In this document: positions 46,398 to 55,821 of the stretch, in pieces
Layout of the letters: each line of letters opens with the position of its first letter
How positions within the stretch are numbered: position 1 is the first letter of the stretch
DNA from: Vicinamibacteria bacterium
Lineage (GTDB): Bacteria > Acidobacteriota > Vicinamibacteria > Marinacidobacterales > Marinacidobacteraceae
Assembly (NCBI GenBank): GCA_963555995.3
Contig: OY821641.1
Location: forward strand, 1 to 64,000
Direction: 5' to 3'
Length of the DNA stretch: 64,000 nt
Notes under the pieces: generated by a model
What the model was told of the DNA's origin: nothing
Databases searched by the model: none
The model's input: only the letters and a program-made list of their open reading frames with translations
Position numbers and translations under genes: made by a program

Positions 46398-49292
46398 TCA
46401 GAAGGTCAACCTCGCGGAAAGCCCGATGGTTCGTCCCTTCAGATATTCCACGATGTTCTGATAGGGCGTCACCGAATCCAGCAACTGGAAGTTCACGATC
46501 GTGTTGGCGTTCATCGCGTTGAAGATGTCGAAAATGAACTGTGCGTTCATGCGATCGCTCAGCGCGAAGGACTTGTCGAGTCGGAAGTCCACGATGGTGA
46601 CGTTGGGCGAGCGGGCCTCGCTCATGGGGGCCAGCCAGGAGGTGACCGTCACCCGTCCGTCGTACACCGTGTTCCGGTGGGTCGGCGCATAGTTGTAGCC
46701 GCTCACGAGCCGATACGTTCCCGCCACTCCGATCTCGTACGGGAGGACATACCGTGCGGAAGCCTTCAACTGATAGGTGGTCGTGTCCTGAACCGTCGGA
46801 ATGTCCTGGTCGTAGTTGATGAACCAGCCCTGCGACGTGGGGTCGGAAGACAGCGGCGAACTGGTTGCCCAGCCGCTGGACGACCCGGCGGCGCTCCGCG
46901 GCTCCGACCGCCACTGGTAGTCGAAGTACACGTTGTAGAAGAAGTTGCTCCGGAACCGCTTGTTGAGTCCGAGCGAAACGGTGTGGAAGTCCATGTCGCT
47001 CTCGCCGGCCGGGTGGTTCGTGGTCAGCCGATCGGTCGTGCCGACCAGTTCCTCGGGGTAGAGGAGCAGGTTGAACGACCGGTTGTAGCCCGGGGGACAC
47101 CCGTCGCAGGTCGGAATCGTGATCGGGGTGTTCAGACCCAGGTCCGCCTGGTCGTAGCTGCTCCAGGTGTTCCGCATCCGCTTGTACACGTAGGACACGC
47201 GCGTGCCGAGGTCAGCAGTCAGCTCGTGCTCGAGCGAGGCGCTCAACTCGTCCGCCCAAGGGAGGGTCCAGTTCGGATCAATCGGCGTTGTGGAGCCGGA
47301 CCCGGCGCCCGCCGTATAGGACAGTTGCTGGCCCAGTTCGCTGACATCGTCGAGGACTCCGTTCATGTTCTGGTCGAGGAACTCGTAGCGGGCCGAAGGC
47401 TGGCCACCGGGGTTCGCCGACAGGAGACCAGTCCCGATGTTCGAGTAGTAGCGGCCGAAGTACGTCTTGAAGACGCTGGAACCCTCGCCGGTGAGGTCAT
47501 AGGTGAGTCCCACCCGGGGCGCGACGTTCCAATGGCTGAACACATCGTCGCCAGGCGTCACGCCGCCGGCGCCGAAGACACTCATCAGGATCTGGCTCTG
47601 GTTGGACGGGAGTTCGAACTTGCACTGGAGCACGTCCTGGCAAGCGCTTCCCGGCGAGTTGTCGGCTTCGAGGTAGTAGAGGATCTGGCTGCCTACCCGC
47701 ACGCCGGCCATCAGCGTCAACCGGTCGTTGACCGTCCACACGTCCTGCACGAAGAAGTCCGCGTGCATGTTCCGGTTGTCCACGAGGTTCGGAACTCCCA
47801 CGAGGTCCACCTGGTGCACGTTGAGCGGGCGGCCCTGGCCCGGATCGTCGCGGTAGCGGAAGGCGCCGGAGTTCGTGTTGAACCCGCGGAGCTCGCTGTC
47901 GATCTGCCAGTCCCAGCCGAACTTGAAGTCGTGGCTGCCGTCGCCGATCGGGACGTAGTAGTTGAACTGCGCCGTGCTCTGGGGCTTCCAGCGGTTCCGG
48001 GTGAACGGCTGCCACCCGGCGCCCGACACGTGGCTGCTGGCCAGGTTGAACCTTGGCTCGTTGCCGTTGATCGGATCGTCCTTCGGGACCATGGGCCAGG
48101 TCGTCCCCATGTGGCCGACCATGATGTTGCTGAAGAACCGGTCGCTCCAGACGCGCTGCCACTCGGCCTTGTGGAGCCAGATCCAGTAGTCCTGGGCGAG
48201 GATGGATTCGGCGGGGCGGGTGGCCGAGAGGCCGCGGTTGGGCTTCCGCTTCCAGGACCAGGTCGAGAAGCCGATGAACTGGTCGCGCTCGGTGATCTGG
48301 TAGTTCACCTTCGCGGTGAAGATGTCGAAGTCGCCGATGTCGGTGGCGAGGTTCTGGTCCACGCCGGAGATCGCGGTGTCAATGTAGAAGTTGTTGTAAG
48401 CGCCGTAGAACCACGCCTTGTCCCGCACGATGGGTCCGCCGAGATCGAGGTGGAACTCGTAGAAGCTGAGCACCGGCGACGGCGAGCCGCCCTGCTGCTC
48501 CAGCTCGGACGTGAAGTTGTCGGCGATCATGCCCGGCGGGTTCCAGGCGCCGCTCTGCAGACCGGAGAAATCGTTACCGCCGCTCTTCACGGTGGTCTGG
48601 ATCTGCGCGCCCGGGGTGGACATTTCCACGTCCGCGCCCTGCGCCGAGACCTGCATCTCCTCCATCGCGTAGTAGTCGTAGTAGCCGCCGGCCGAGCCGG
48701 TGCCCTCGGTGGTGTTCACGCCCTCGTAGAGGACCCGGTTCTGGCTCCGCACCCCGAAGGTCTCGTACATGGACTGCTGGCTCTTGTGCGAACCGCCCAC
48801 GTCGTAGCCCTGTACCCGGATGCCCGGGCTCTGGTGCAGCACCGCCCACATGTCGGTGGCGGTGGGAACCTCGTCGAGCTGGGTCTTGTCGAAGGTCGCC
48901 GCCACGCCGGTGGACTTCACGTCCACGACCGGCGATTCGCCGGTCACCGTGACCGTCTCCGCCACCGTGGCGATCTGCATGTCGGCGTCCACCGTGAAGG
49001 TCGCGCCGGTGACGACCCGGACTTCCTCGAACACGACCGTCGAGAAGCCGCTGAGTTCGAACGAGATGTTGTAGTCGCCCGGAGGCAGCGCCTGGAACCG
49101 GTAGGAGCCATCAATGTCGGTGGTGGCGTTCCTGGTTCCGATGATGGCCTCACCCGAGAGGGTGACCGACACGCCGGGGAGGGAGAGTCCCTGGGCGTCG
49201 CGCGCCGCGCCTTCGAGGCGTCCGTACTGCTGCTGCGCGGCCGCCGGGACGGCGAACGCCAGGAACAGAAGAGCGAGAAGAGTCTTTCTCAT
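46398..49292 (-). CDS. TonB-dependent receptor, Oar-like (paralog 2)
   Basis: MRKTLL signal peptide with AAGGAGG RBS; same motifs as paralog 1; C-terminal ARLTF. Confidence 0.92.
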   Translation of the reverse strand: MRKTLLALLFLAFAVPAAAQQQYGRLEGAARDAQGLSLPGVSVTLSGEAIIGTRNATTDIDGSYRFQALPPGDYNISFELSGFSTVVFEEVRVVTGATFTVDADMQIATVAETVTVTGESPVVDVKSTGVAATFDKTQLDEVPTATDMWAVLHQSPGIRVQGYDVGGSHKSQQSMYETFGVRSQNRVLYEGVNTTEGTGSAGGYYDYYAMEEMQVSAQGADVEMSTPGAQIQTTVKSGGNDFSGLQSGAWNPPGMIADNFTSELEQQGGSPSPVLSFYEFHLDLGGPIVRDKAWFYGAYNNFYIDTAISGVDQNLATDIGDFDIFTAKVNYQITERDQFIGFSTWSWKRKPNRGLSATRPAESILAQDYWIWLHKAEWQRVWSDRFFSNIMVGHMGTTWPMVPKDDPINGNEPRFNLASSHVSGAGWQPFTRNRWKPQSTAQFNYYVPIGDGSHDFKFGWDWQIDSELRGFNTNSGAFRYRDDPGQGRPLNVHQVDLVGVPNLVDNRNMHADFFVQDVWTVNDRLTLMAGVRVGSQILYYLEADNSPGSACQDVLQCKFELPSNQSQILMSVFGAGGVTPGDDVFSHWNVAPRVGLTYDLTGEGSSVFKTYFGRYYSNIGTGLLSANPGGQPSARYEFLDQNMNGVLDDVSELGQQLSYTAGAGSGSTTPIDPNWTLPWADELSASLEHELTADLGTRVSYVYKRMRNTWSSYDQADLGLNTPITIPTCDGCPPGYNRSFNLLLYPEELVGTTDRLTTNHPAGESDMDFHTVSLGLNKRFRSNFFYNVYFDYQWRSEPRSAAGSSSGWATSSPLSSDPTSQGWFINYDQDIPTVQDTTTYQLKASARYVLPYEIGVAGTYRLVSGYNYAPTHRNTVYDGRVTVTSWLAPMSEARSPNVTIVDFRLDKSFALSDRMNAQFIFDIFNAMNANTIVNFQLLDSVTPYQNIVEYLKGRTIGLSARLTF

Positions 49293-49486
49293 GGTCCCTC
49301 CTTGGGGGAAAAAGTAGAAGAACGGTACCAGAGTTCGGCAAGAGATGTGCCATCGAGCGTCCGGGTCTTCCGAGACTACAAGAGACCATTTTTCAACACG
49401 ATACGGAGGACAGAAGAACGGATTCACGAATCCGATCCAAATTTTTCGATCCACCGAGGGGATAGGCGGAGCCCCTCCGACAAAGG

Positions 49487-49523
49487 AAAAGCCCGCCGGC
49501 TTCCCTGGGGAAGCCGACGGGCC
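49487..49523 (-). terminator. Rho-independent terminator of TonB-dependent receptor 3
   Basis: AAAA-GCCCGCCGGCTTCCC...GGGAAGCCGACGGGC on the plus strand. Confidence 0.75.
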
Positions 49524-49549
49524 TGATCCTGTTCGGACGACTCAGCAGG

Positions 49550-52447
49550 CTAGAAGGTCAACCTCGCCGAGAGCCCGATGGTTCGTCCCTTCAGGTAGTC
49601 CACGACCCGGTTGAAGGGACCGGTGTCAAGCAACTGGAAGTTCGTGATCGTATTGGCGTTCAGCGCGTTGAACAGGTCGAGGATCCCCTGAACGCGCATC
49701 CGGTCGCCGAGTTCAAACGACTTGTCCACCCGGAAATCGAGAATGCCGACGTTGTCGGAGCGGTCCTCACTCATGGGCGCCAGCCAGACGTAGGGCTTCA
49801 GGCTGCCGCCGTAGAGGCTCAGCCGGTGCGTCGGCGCGAAGTTGAAGCCGCTGATGAGCCGATAGGTTCCGGCGAGCCCGATGTCCAGAGGAAGCACGTA
49901 GCGCGCCGAGGTCTTGAACTGGTAGGTGCTCGTGTCCTGCACCGTCGGAATGTCCTGGTCGTAGTTGATGAACCAGCCCTGGGCGGTGGGGTCCGCCGAG
50001 AGCGGGTTCCGCGCCGCCCACGACGTGGACGACGTGCCGGGACTCCGCGGCTCGGAACGCCACTGGTAGTCGAAATAGACGTTGTAGAAGAAGTTGTTCC
50101 GGAACCGCTTGTTCAGCGCCAGCGACAGGGTGTGGAAGTCCATGTCGCTTTCGCCGGCCGGGTGGTTCATCGTGATGTTGTCGGTCGCTCCCACCAGGTG
50201 CTCCGGAACCACCAGCAGGTTGAAGTCCCTCCCACAACCCACGTTGGGACACACCTCGTTGGCGGAGCTGACCGAGATCGGGGTGTTCCGGTTGTTCAGG
50301 AGGACCTGATTGAGGCCGCTCGACCAGGTGTTTCGCATGCGCTTGTAGACGTAGGAGACGCGGGTCCCGAGGTCTGCCGTGAGCTCGTGCTCGATCGCGG
50401 CGCTTGCCTCATCCGCGTAGGCAAGGGACCAGTCCGAAGCGATCGGTGTCCCGGCGCCCGCGCCCGCGCTGAACGCGAGGCGTTCCCCGAGTTCGGATGA
50501 ATCGTCGAGCACCCCGTTCATGTTCTGATCGAGGAAGTGGTAGGTGGCGTTGGCCTGTCCGCCGGGGTTCGCGGAGCCGAGTCCGGTGCCGATGTTCGAG
50601 TAGTAGCGCCCCGCGTACGCCTTGAATACCGAAGTGCCTTCGCCCGTGATGTCATAGGTAAAGCCCGCCCGGGGGGCGATGTTCCAGTGCGAGTGCACAT
50701 GGTCGCCCGGGATGGTGGCGCCCGCGCCGAAGACCTCGGTGAGGTACGTGGACTGGTTGGACGGCAGTTCGAACTGGCAGAGCAGCGAGTCGGGGCAGGG
50801 ACTGCCCGGCTTGTTGTCCGATTCCAGGTAGGACAGGATCTGGCTGCCGACCCGGAAGCCGAGCGTCACCGTCAGCCGGTCGTTGACCGTCCAGACGTCC
50901 TGGGCGAAGAAGTCCGCGTGCATGTTGCGGTCGTCGGTCAGGTTCGGGACGCCGACCAGGTAGACGCGGTCCACGTTGTGGGGCCGCCCCTCGTTGACGT
51001 CGTCGAGGTAGCGCACGGCGCCGGAGTTCGAGTTCCAGCCGAAGAGCTGTGAGTCGAGTTGCCAGTCCCAGCCGAACTTGAAGTCGTGGCTACCGGTGCC
51101 GATCGGGACGTAGTAGTTGAACTGACCCGTGCTCTGCGGCTTCCAGCGCTTTGAGGTGAAGGGCTGCCAGCCCGCGCCGGACCGGATGTTGGTCGTGGCC
51201 TCGATCCGCGGCTCATTGCCGCCGGTGGGGTCGCCCTTCGGGGTCATGGGCCAGACCGTGCCCATGTGCCCGACCATGATGTTGCTGTAGAGCCGGTCGC
51301 TCCAGACCCGCTGCCACTCGGCCTTGTGCAGCCAGATCCAGTAGTCCTGGGCGAGCACGGATTCGGCCGGGATGGTGGCCGAGATGGAACGGTTCGGCTT
51401 CCGCTTCCACGACCAGGTCGAGAACCCGATGAACTGGTCGCGCTCGGTGACCTGGTAGTTCAGCTTGGCGGTGAAGATGTCGAAGTCACCGATGTCGGTG
51501 CCGAGTTCGATCGCCTGCCCGGACACCGCGGTATCAATGTAGAAGTTGTTGTAGGCCGCGTAGAACCACGCCTTGTCCCGCACGATGGGACCGCCGAGAT
51601 CGAGGTGGTACTCGTAGAACTTGAGCACCGGCGCCTCGGAAGCCAGGTTGGATTCGAGGTTGCTGTCGAAGTTGTCGGCAATCCAGTCGGCCGGGTTCCA
51701 CGCTCCGCTCTCGAGGCCGGAGAACTCGTTGCCGCCGCTCTTCACGGTGGTCTGGATCTGCGCGCCCGGGGTGGACATCTCCACGTCCGCGCCCTGCGCC
51801 GAGACCTGCATTTCCTCCATCGCGTAGTAGTCGTAGTAGCCCCCGGCGCTGCCGGAACCTTCGGTCGTGTTCACGCCCTCGTAGAGGACCCGGTTCTGGC
51901 TCCGCACGCCGAACGTCTCGTACATGGACTGCTGGCTCTTGTGCGAGCCGCCCACGTCGAACCCCTGCACGCGGACTCCAGGGCTCTGCTGGAGCACCGC
52001 CCACATGTCGGTGGCGGTGGGAACCTCGTCGAGTTGGGTCTTGTCGAAGGTCGCTGCCACGCCGGTGGACTTCACGTCCACCACCGGCGATTCGCCGGTC
52101 ACGGTGACCGTCTCCGCCACGGTGGCGATCTGCATGTCGGCGTCCACCGTGAAGGTGGCGCCGGTCACGACCCGGACGGCTTCGAACACGACGGTCTGGA
52201 AGCCGCTCAGTTCGAACTGGATGTTGTAGTCGCCCGGAGGCAGCGCCTGGAACCGGTAGGAGCCGTCCACGTCGGTGGTGGCGTTCCGGCCTCCGATAAT
52301 GGCCTCACCCGAGAGGGTGACCGACACTCCCGGGAGGGCGAGTCCCTGGGCGTCGCGCGCGGCGCCTTCGAGGCGCCCGTACTGCTGCTGGGCGGCCGCC
52401 GGCACGGCGAACGCGAAAAGCAGAAGAGCAAGAAGAATCTTTCTCAT
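49550..52447 (-). CDS. TonB-dependent receptor, Oar-like (paralog 3)
   Basis: MRKILL signal peptide with AAGGAGG RBS; N-terminus near-identical to paralog 2; C-terminal ARLTF. Confidence 0.92.
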   Translation of the reverse strand: MRKILLALLLFAFAVPAAAQQQYGRLEGAARDAQGLALPGVSVTLSGEAIIGGRNATTDVDGSYRFQALPPGDYNIQFELSGFQTVVFEAVRVVTGATFTVDADMQIATVAETVTVTGESPVVDVKSTGVAATFDKTQLDEVPTATDMWAVLQQSPGVRVQGFDVGGSHKSQQSMYETFGVRSQNRVLYEGVNTTEGSGSAGGYYDYYAMEEMQVSAQGADVEMSTPGAQIQTTVKSGGNEFSGLESGAWNPADWIADNFDSNLESNLASEAPVLKFYEYHLDLGGPIVRDKAWFYAAYNNFYIDTAVSGQAIELGTDIGDFDIFTAKLNYQVTERDQFIGFSTWSWKRKPNRSISATIPAESVLAQDYWIWLHKAEWQRVWSDRLYSNIMVGHMGTVWPMTPKGDPTGGNEPRIEATTNIRSGAGWQPFTSKRWKPQSTGQFNYYVPIGTGSHDFKFGWDWQLDSQLFGWNSNSGAVRYLDDVNEGRPHNVDRVYLVGVPNLTDDRNMHADFFAQDVWTVNDRLTVTLGFRVGSQILSYLESDNKPGSPCPDSLLCQFELPSNQSTYLTEVFGAGATIPGDHVHSHWNIAPRAGFTYDITGEGTSVFKAYAGRYYSNIGTGLGSANPGGQANATYHFLDQNMNGVLDDSSELGERLAFSAGAGAGTPIASDWSLAYADEASAAIEHELTADLGTRVSYVYKRMRNTWSSGLNQVLLNNRNTPISVSSANEVCPNVGCGRDFNLLVVPEHLVGATDNITMNHPAGESDMDFHTLSLALNKRFRNNFFYNVYFDYQWRSEPRSPGTSSTSWAARNPLSADPTAQGWFINYDQDIPTVQDTSTYQFKTSARYVLPLDIGLAGTYRLISGFNFAPTHRLSLYGGSLKPYVWLAPMSEDRSDNVGILDFRVDKSFELGDRMRVQGILDLFNALNANTITNFQLLDTGPFNRVVDYLKGRTIGLSARLTF

Positions 52448-52701
52448 GGTTCCTCCTTCACGGGAAGGGCAAGGGGAGCTTCCGCCGACCGCAAGGCCCC
52501 GCAACATGCAGCGTGGCGGATGGCGTTGCGAATCACAGCGACACGGAAAAACTCAAAGTCGTGAACCGATGATATGGCGCGTTTCCCGCCGAAGTCCAAC
52601 GGCTCCCGCCGCCGATGACGCGACGGCGGCCCGGCTCGTTTCGCCGTCCGGCGGCGTGGCGACGCGTCACCGTCGGGTAGGGAGGATGTAGCCTTGCGGG
52701 A

Positions 52702-53892
52702 GTGACCGACCCGTTGATCGTTCCCGCCCGCGCCATCGGCAGAGCGGAACACTTCGTTGGTCGCCGGAAGGAGTTGGCGACCTTTCGACAACTCCGGCAA
52801 CTGGCGAGCGCACGGGCGGCACCGCAGTTGGTGGTGATCCAGGCGCCGCCCGGGGCGGGGAAATCGGCGCTCCTGCGGGAGGCCGCCACGGCGGCCGAGC
52901 GGGAGCACACCGTCGTGGTCGAGATCCAGCCGGCCATGCTGGACCGTGCGGAGGAGTTGCAGTCCGGCGTGGTGTCCCAACTCTCACTGCGGGATCGGTG
53001 GCGGGAGTTACTGCCGGCGTTGCAACTCGGAGTGTCTTTGGGGGCGGAGGCCTCGGTGTCCGCCGGGGGGCGGCCCCTGCCCGCGATTCGGGCGCTCGTG
53101 GATGGCTTCGCCTCGGTGTCGCGGCGCGCGGGGCCGACCGGCGCCGGGCCTTCCTGTCTGCTGATCCTCGTTGACGAGGCGCAGAAGCTCGCCGACCGCG
53201 ATCCGACCGCGGTGGAACTGCTGCTCGAGCCGCTCCGCAACCGGGAGGGGCTGCGAACGGTGACGATCCTGGCCGGTTTGCCGGACACGATGGACGCGCT
53301 CCGGTCGCCGAGTCTGGCGCGAGCGGACCGCGATCTCGGACTCGGCGTGCTTCGCCGCGAAGAGAGCGTGGAACTGCTCGAACTCTGGCTTCGGGACAAC
53401 GGGTTCCGCGCGGAGAATCCCGCGCGCCTCGATGCGATCGCCGAACACGCCCAGGACTGGCCGGAGCACCTCGTCCACCACATCACCGCCATGGTGGAGG
53501 CGGCGGCGGAACACGGGGGCGTAGTGGACGCGGCCGTGGTCGAGCGAACGAACGCCGCCGCCAACGAACCGATGGAGCGCTACTACGACCGGCGGTTGAG
53601 TGTCCTCGACGAGCGGCCCGCGCGCGACCACGACGCACTGGCCGCTCTGGCGATGGCGGCGGGACGACTCGGTGGCGGCCTCCACCGGCGCACCGTCACG
53701 GAGATCATCGAGGCAATGGGCGCGCGGGACGACCTGGGGCGGGCGCTCAGGCACGCCGGGGTCCTGGTGCCCGACGGTGGCCGCTCGCGCTTCGCGATCC
53801 CTTCGCTACGGCGGTACGTTCTGAAGACGGGCGTTCCGCTGCCCGCCGAGTTGGCTGCCGTCGTCGAACGGATCGTGACGCCCGACGTGTGA
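52702..53892 (+). CDS. AAA/STAND-like P-loop ATPase (divergent paralog D)
   Basis: FVGRRKEL, APPGAGKS, ILVDEAQ, LAGLPDT, WPEHL, FAIPSL. Confidence 0.82.
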   Translation: MTDPLIVPARAIGRAEHFVGRRKELATFRQLRQLASARAAPQLVVIQAPPGAGKSALLREAATAAEREHTVVVEIQPAMLDRAEELQSGVVSQLSLRDRWRELLPALQLGVSLGAEASVSAGGRPLPAIRALVDGFASVSRRAGPTGAGPSCLLILVDEAQKLADRDPTAVELLLEPLRNREGLRTVTILAGLPDTMDALRSPSLARADRDLGLGVLRREESVELLELWLRDNGFRAENPARLDAIAEHAQDWPEHLVHHITAMVEAAAEHGGVVDAAVVERTNAAANEPMERYYDRRLSVLDERPARDHDALAALAMAAGRLGGGLHRRTVTEIIEAMGARDDLGRALRHAGVLVPDGGRSRFAIPSLRRYVLKTGVPLPAELAAVVERIVTPDV

Positions 53893-53944
53893 GCCGTCGC
53901 CCGTTCGTTCCTTGGCAGCCGGTGGCAGAACCCGCACGGCCTGG

Positions 53945-54162
53945 TTGCGGTGAGAATCCCGGCCCGCGGGTTGGCCGACGGGCGTGATGATGCCGCCCGC
54001 TTGGAACGCCGGCTTCAGCCGGCACCCGCTGCGCGAAGCGCAGCGGACGGTACGACGCCACCCCACGCGATGGTGTTCGGCTCCTGGTCCATCACGAGGA
54101 ACAGCGGCACGACATCCGCGGGCCTCCGGCCCGCTGTGCCGGCTGAAGCCGGCGTTCCAAGC
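53945..54162. mobile_element. REPIN-like element (CTTCAG-loop variant) with conserved left flank
   Basis: 27-bp perfect TIR (53999-54025 / 54136-54162); flank TTGCGGTGAGAATCC shared with 58474-58488. Confidence 0.85.
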
Positions 54163-54265
54163 CGTTCCGGCATCTCATGACCAGCGGGGCGTGGGGAAGC
54201 GAGCGGTCACGCGCGTCTCTCCCCTCTGGCGGCCTCGGCGCTCATGCGGGTTTCACTACCGGCTC

Positions 54266-55816
54266 TTAACGAAACGGCGGTTCCGGCATCGCCTGGCGCA
54301 GCATTTCCAGGAAGTTGGGGGGTAACTCCACCCCCAGCCGGCGGCCGTCGTGGGCCACCTCCCAGGCGCTCTCGAAATCACCGGTGGAGGCGAGGGTGGC
54401 GGCGAGTCCCAACCGGTAGTCGCCCCGGAACGGTTCCTTGCCGACCGCGATGCGGAAATGGCGGATCGCGTCCGCGAACTGGCGGTTCGCCGCGAGCACC
54501 TGGGCGATCGAATCATGGGTCCCCGCGCGCTCGGGCTCCTGTTCCAGCGCCCGCCGGAACCAACGGAGCGCATCGGCCCTTCTGCCGCCGAGCGCGGCGA
54601 TGCTGCCGAGGCTGGAGAGCGCTCCGGGATGGTTCGGCTGGATCTCGAGGGCGTGGAGGCAGCGCCGCTCCGCTTCGCCGAGGTTTCCGGACTGCGCGAG
54701 CACGATGCTCGAGTTGATGAGCGCCGCGACGTGGTCGGGGTTCTTTCCGAGCGCGGTGGTCCAGGCGGCCAGCGCCTCGTCGTTCCGCCCCTGCCGGGAG
54801 AGGTTGTTGCCGAGGTTGTAGTAGAGGTCGGCGGCGTCCGGGCGCGACTGGATCATTTCCCGGAGCAGGCGTTCCGCCACCTCGGGACGCCCGGCGCCCT
54901 CGGCGGCGAAGGCGCGGCGCTCCTTGCCGATCACGGAAGCCGCCGCATTGTTCACCGCATCTATCAGCGGGTCGCGGATCATGAGGTCGTGGTCGAGGCT
55001 GCGGGCGCGTTCCGCCGCCGCTCTCGCCTTGTCGCCGTCCCCCGTCCGCCGGTACACCCGGGCGAGCGCGGCGGCGATGGCGCCGGACTCGGGGGCGAGC
55101 GCCTCCGCCTGTTCGAGAAGCGGCAGCGCCTCTTCGAGGTTGCCGTCGCCCGCGAGCAGGCGTCCGAGCCGGAAACTCGCGGCCGCGGTGTTGGCCGGCG
55201 CGGAGCGGGTCGTTCCCAGGCGGTCGAGCGCGGCGCGGTAGTGGCCCTTGGCGGCCTCGGCGTCCGCACGGTCCTCGGCGATCTGTCCCGCGAGCAGGTA
55301 GGCGGGAATGTAGGAGGGATTCAGGTCGATCGCTTCGAGCGCCGCGGCTTCGGCCAGTTCGGGGTTCGGGCGCCACAGGGACCGGGCTCTGAGGTAAGGA
55401 AAGCGGTAGTCGTCCGCGGCCAGCGCGCTCGCGGCGGTGTACGCAGTCGCCGCCTCGGAGTGGAGTTCGTGGGCCAGGAAAGCGGCGCCGAGCGCCGCCC
55501 AGCGGTCCGGGGAATCGGGATCGCCGAGGACCCCGGCCCGGGCGCGGCGGATCATTTCGGCGACTTCCGGTTCCATCCGGGAGAGATTCGGTTCCGGAGG
55601 GTCGGGAAGGTCCGGGCCGCCGCCGCGCAGGACGAAGAAGACCGCGATCAGGAGCGCGGCGGCGGCCCCGAGCCAGAGGGACCGGGAGCGTCCCGGAGTG
55701 GGAGCCGCGGCCCTGCCGCTTCTCTCGGACGCACGCGGCGGGCGGCTGCGAGCCGCCGTCCGGTGCCGGTCTGAAGACCGGCGGTCCCTGGCGCGGGGCG
55801 GCCGGGAACGAGCCAT
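54266..55816 (-). CDS. Membrane-anchored tetratricopeptide repeat protein
   Basis: N-terminal TM segment LWLGAAAALLIAVFFVL followed by many TPRs; AAGGA RBS directly after the CRTAC1 stop. Confidence 0.88.
   Translation of the reverse strand: MARSRPPRARDRRSSDRHRTAARSRPPRASERSGRAAAPTPGRSRSLWLGAAAALLIAVFFVLRGGGPDLPDPPEPNLSRMEPEVAEMIRRARAGVLGDPDSPDRWAALGAAFLAHELHSEAATAYTAASALAADDYRFPYLRARSLWRPNPELAEAAALEAIDLNPSYIPAYLLAGQIAEDRADAEAAKGHYRAALDRLGTTRSAPANTAAASFRLGRLLAGDGNLEEALPLLEQAEALAPESGAIAAALARVYRRTGDGDKARAAAERARSLDHDLMIRDPLIDAVNNAAASVIGKERRAFAAEGAGRPEVAERLLREMIQSRPDAADLYYNLGNNLSRQGRNDEALAAWTTALGKNPDHVAALINSSIVLAQSGNLGEAERRCLHALEIQPNHPGALSSLGSIAALGGRRADALRWFRRALEQEPERAGTHDSIAQVLAANRQFADAIRHFRIAVGKEPFRGDYRLGLAATLASTGDFESAWEVAHDGRRLGVELPPNFLEMLRQAMPEPPFR
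55763..55788 (-). repeat. REP arm inside the TPR coding sequence
   Basis: GTGCCGGTCTGAAGACCGGCGGTCCC, identical to 28560-28585. Confidence 0.85.
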
Positions 55817-55821
55817 GTCCT

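Noticed and set aside
46398-52447. Diversity-generating retroelement acting on receptor or M20 paralogs
   Set aside because: No reverse transcriptase in the window; the differences are not adenine-specific and span whole genes.
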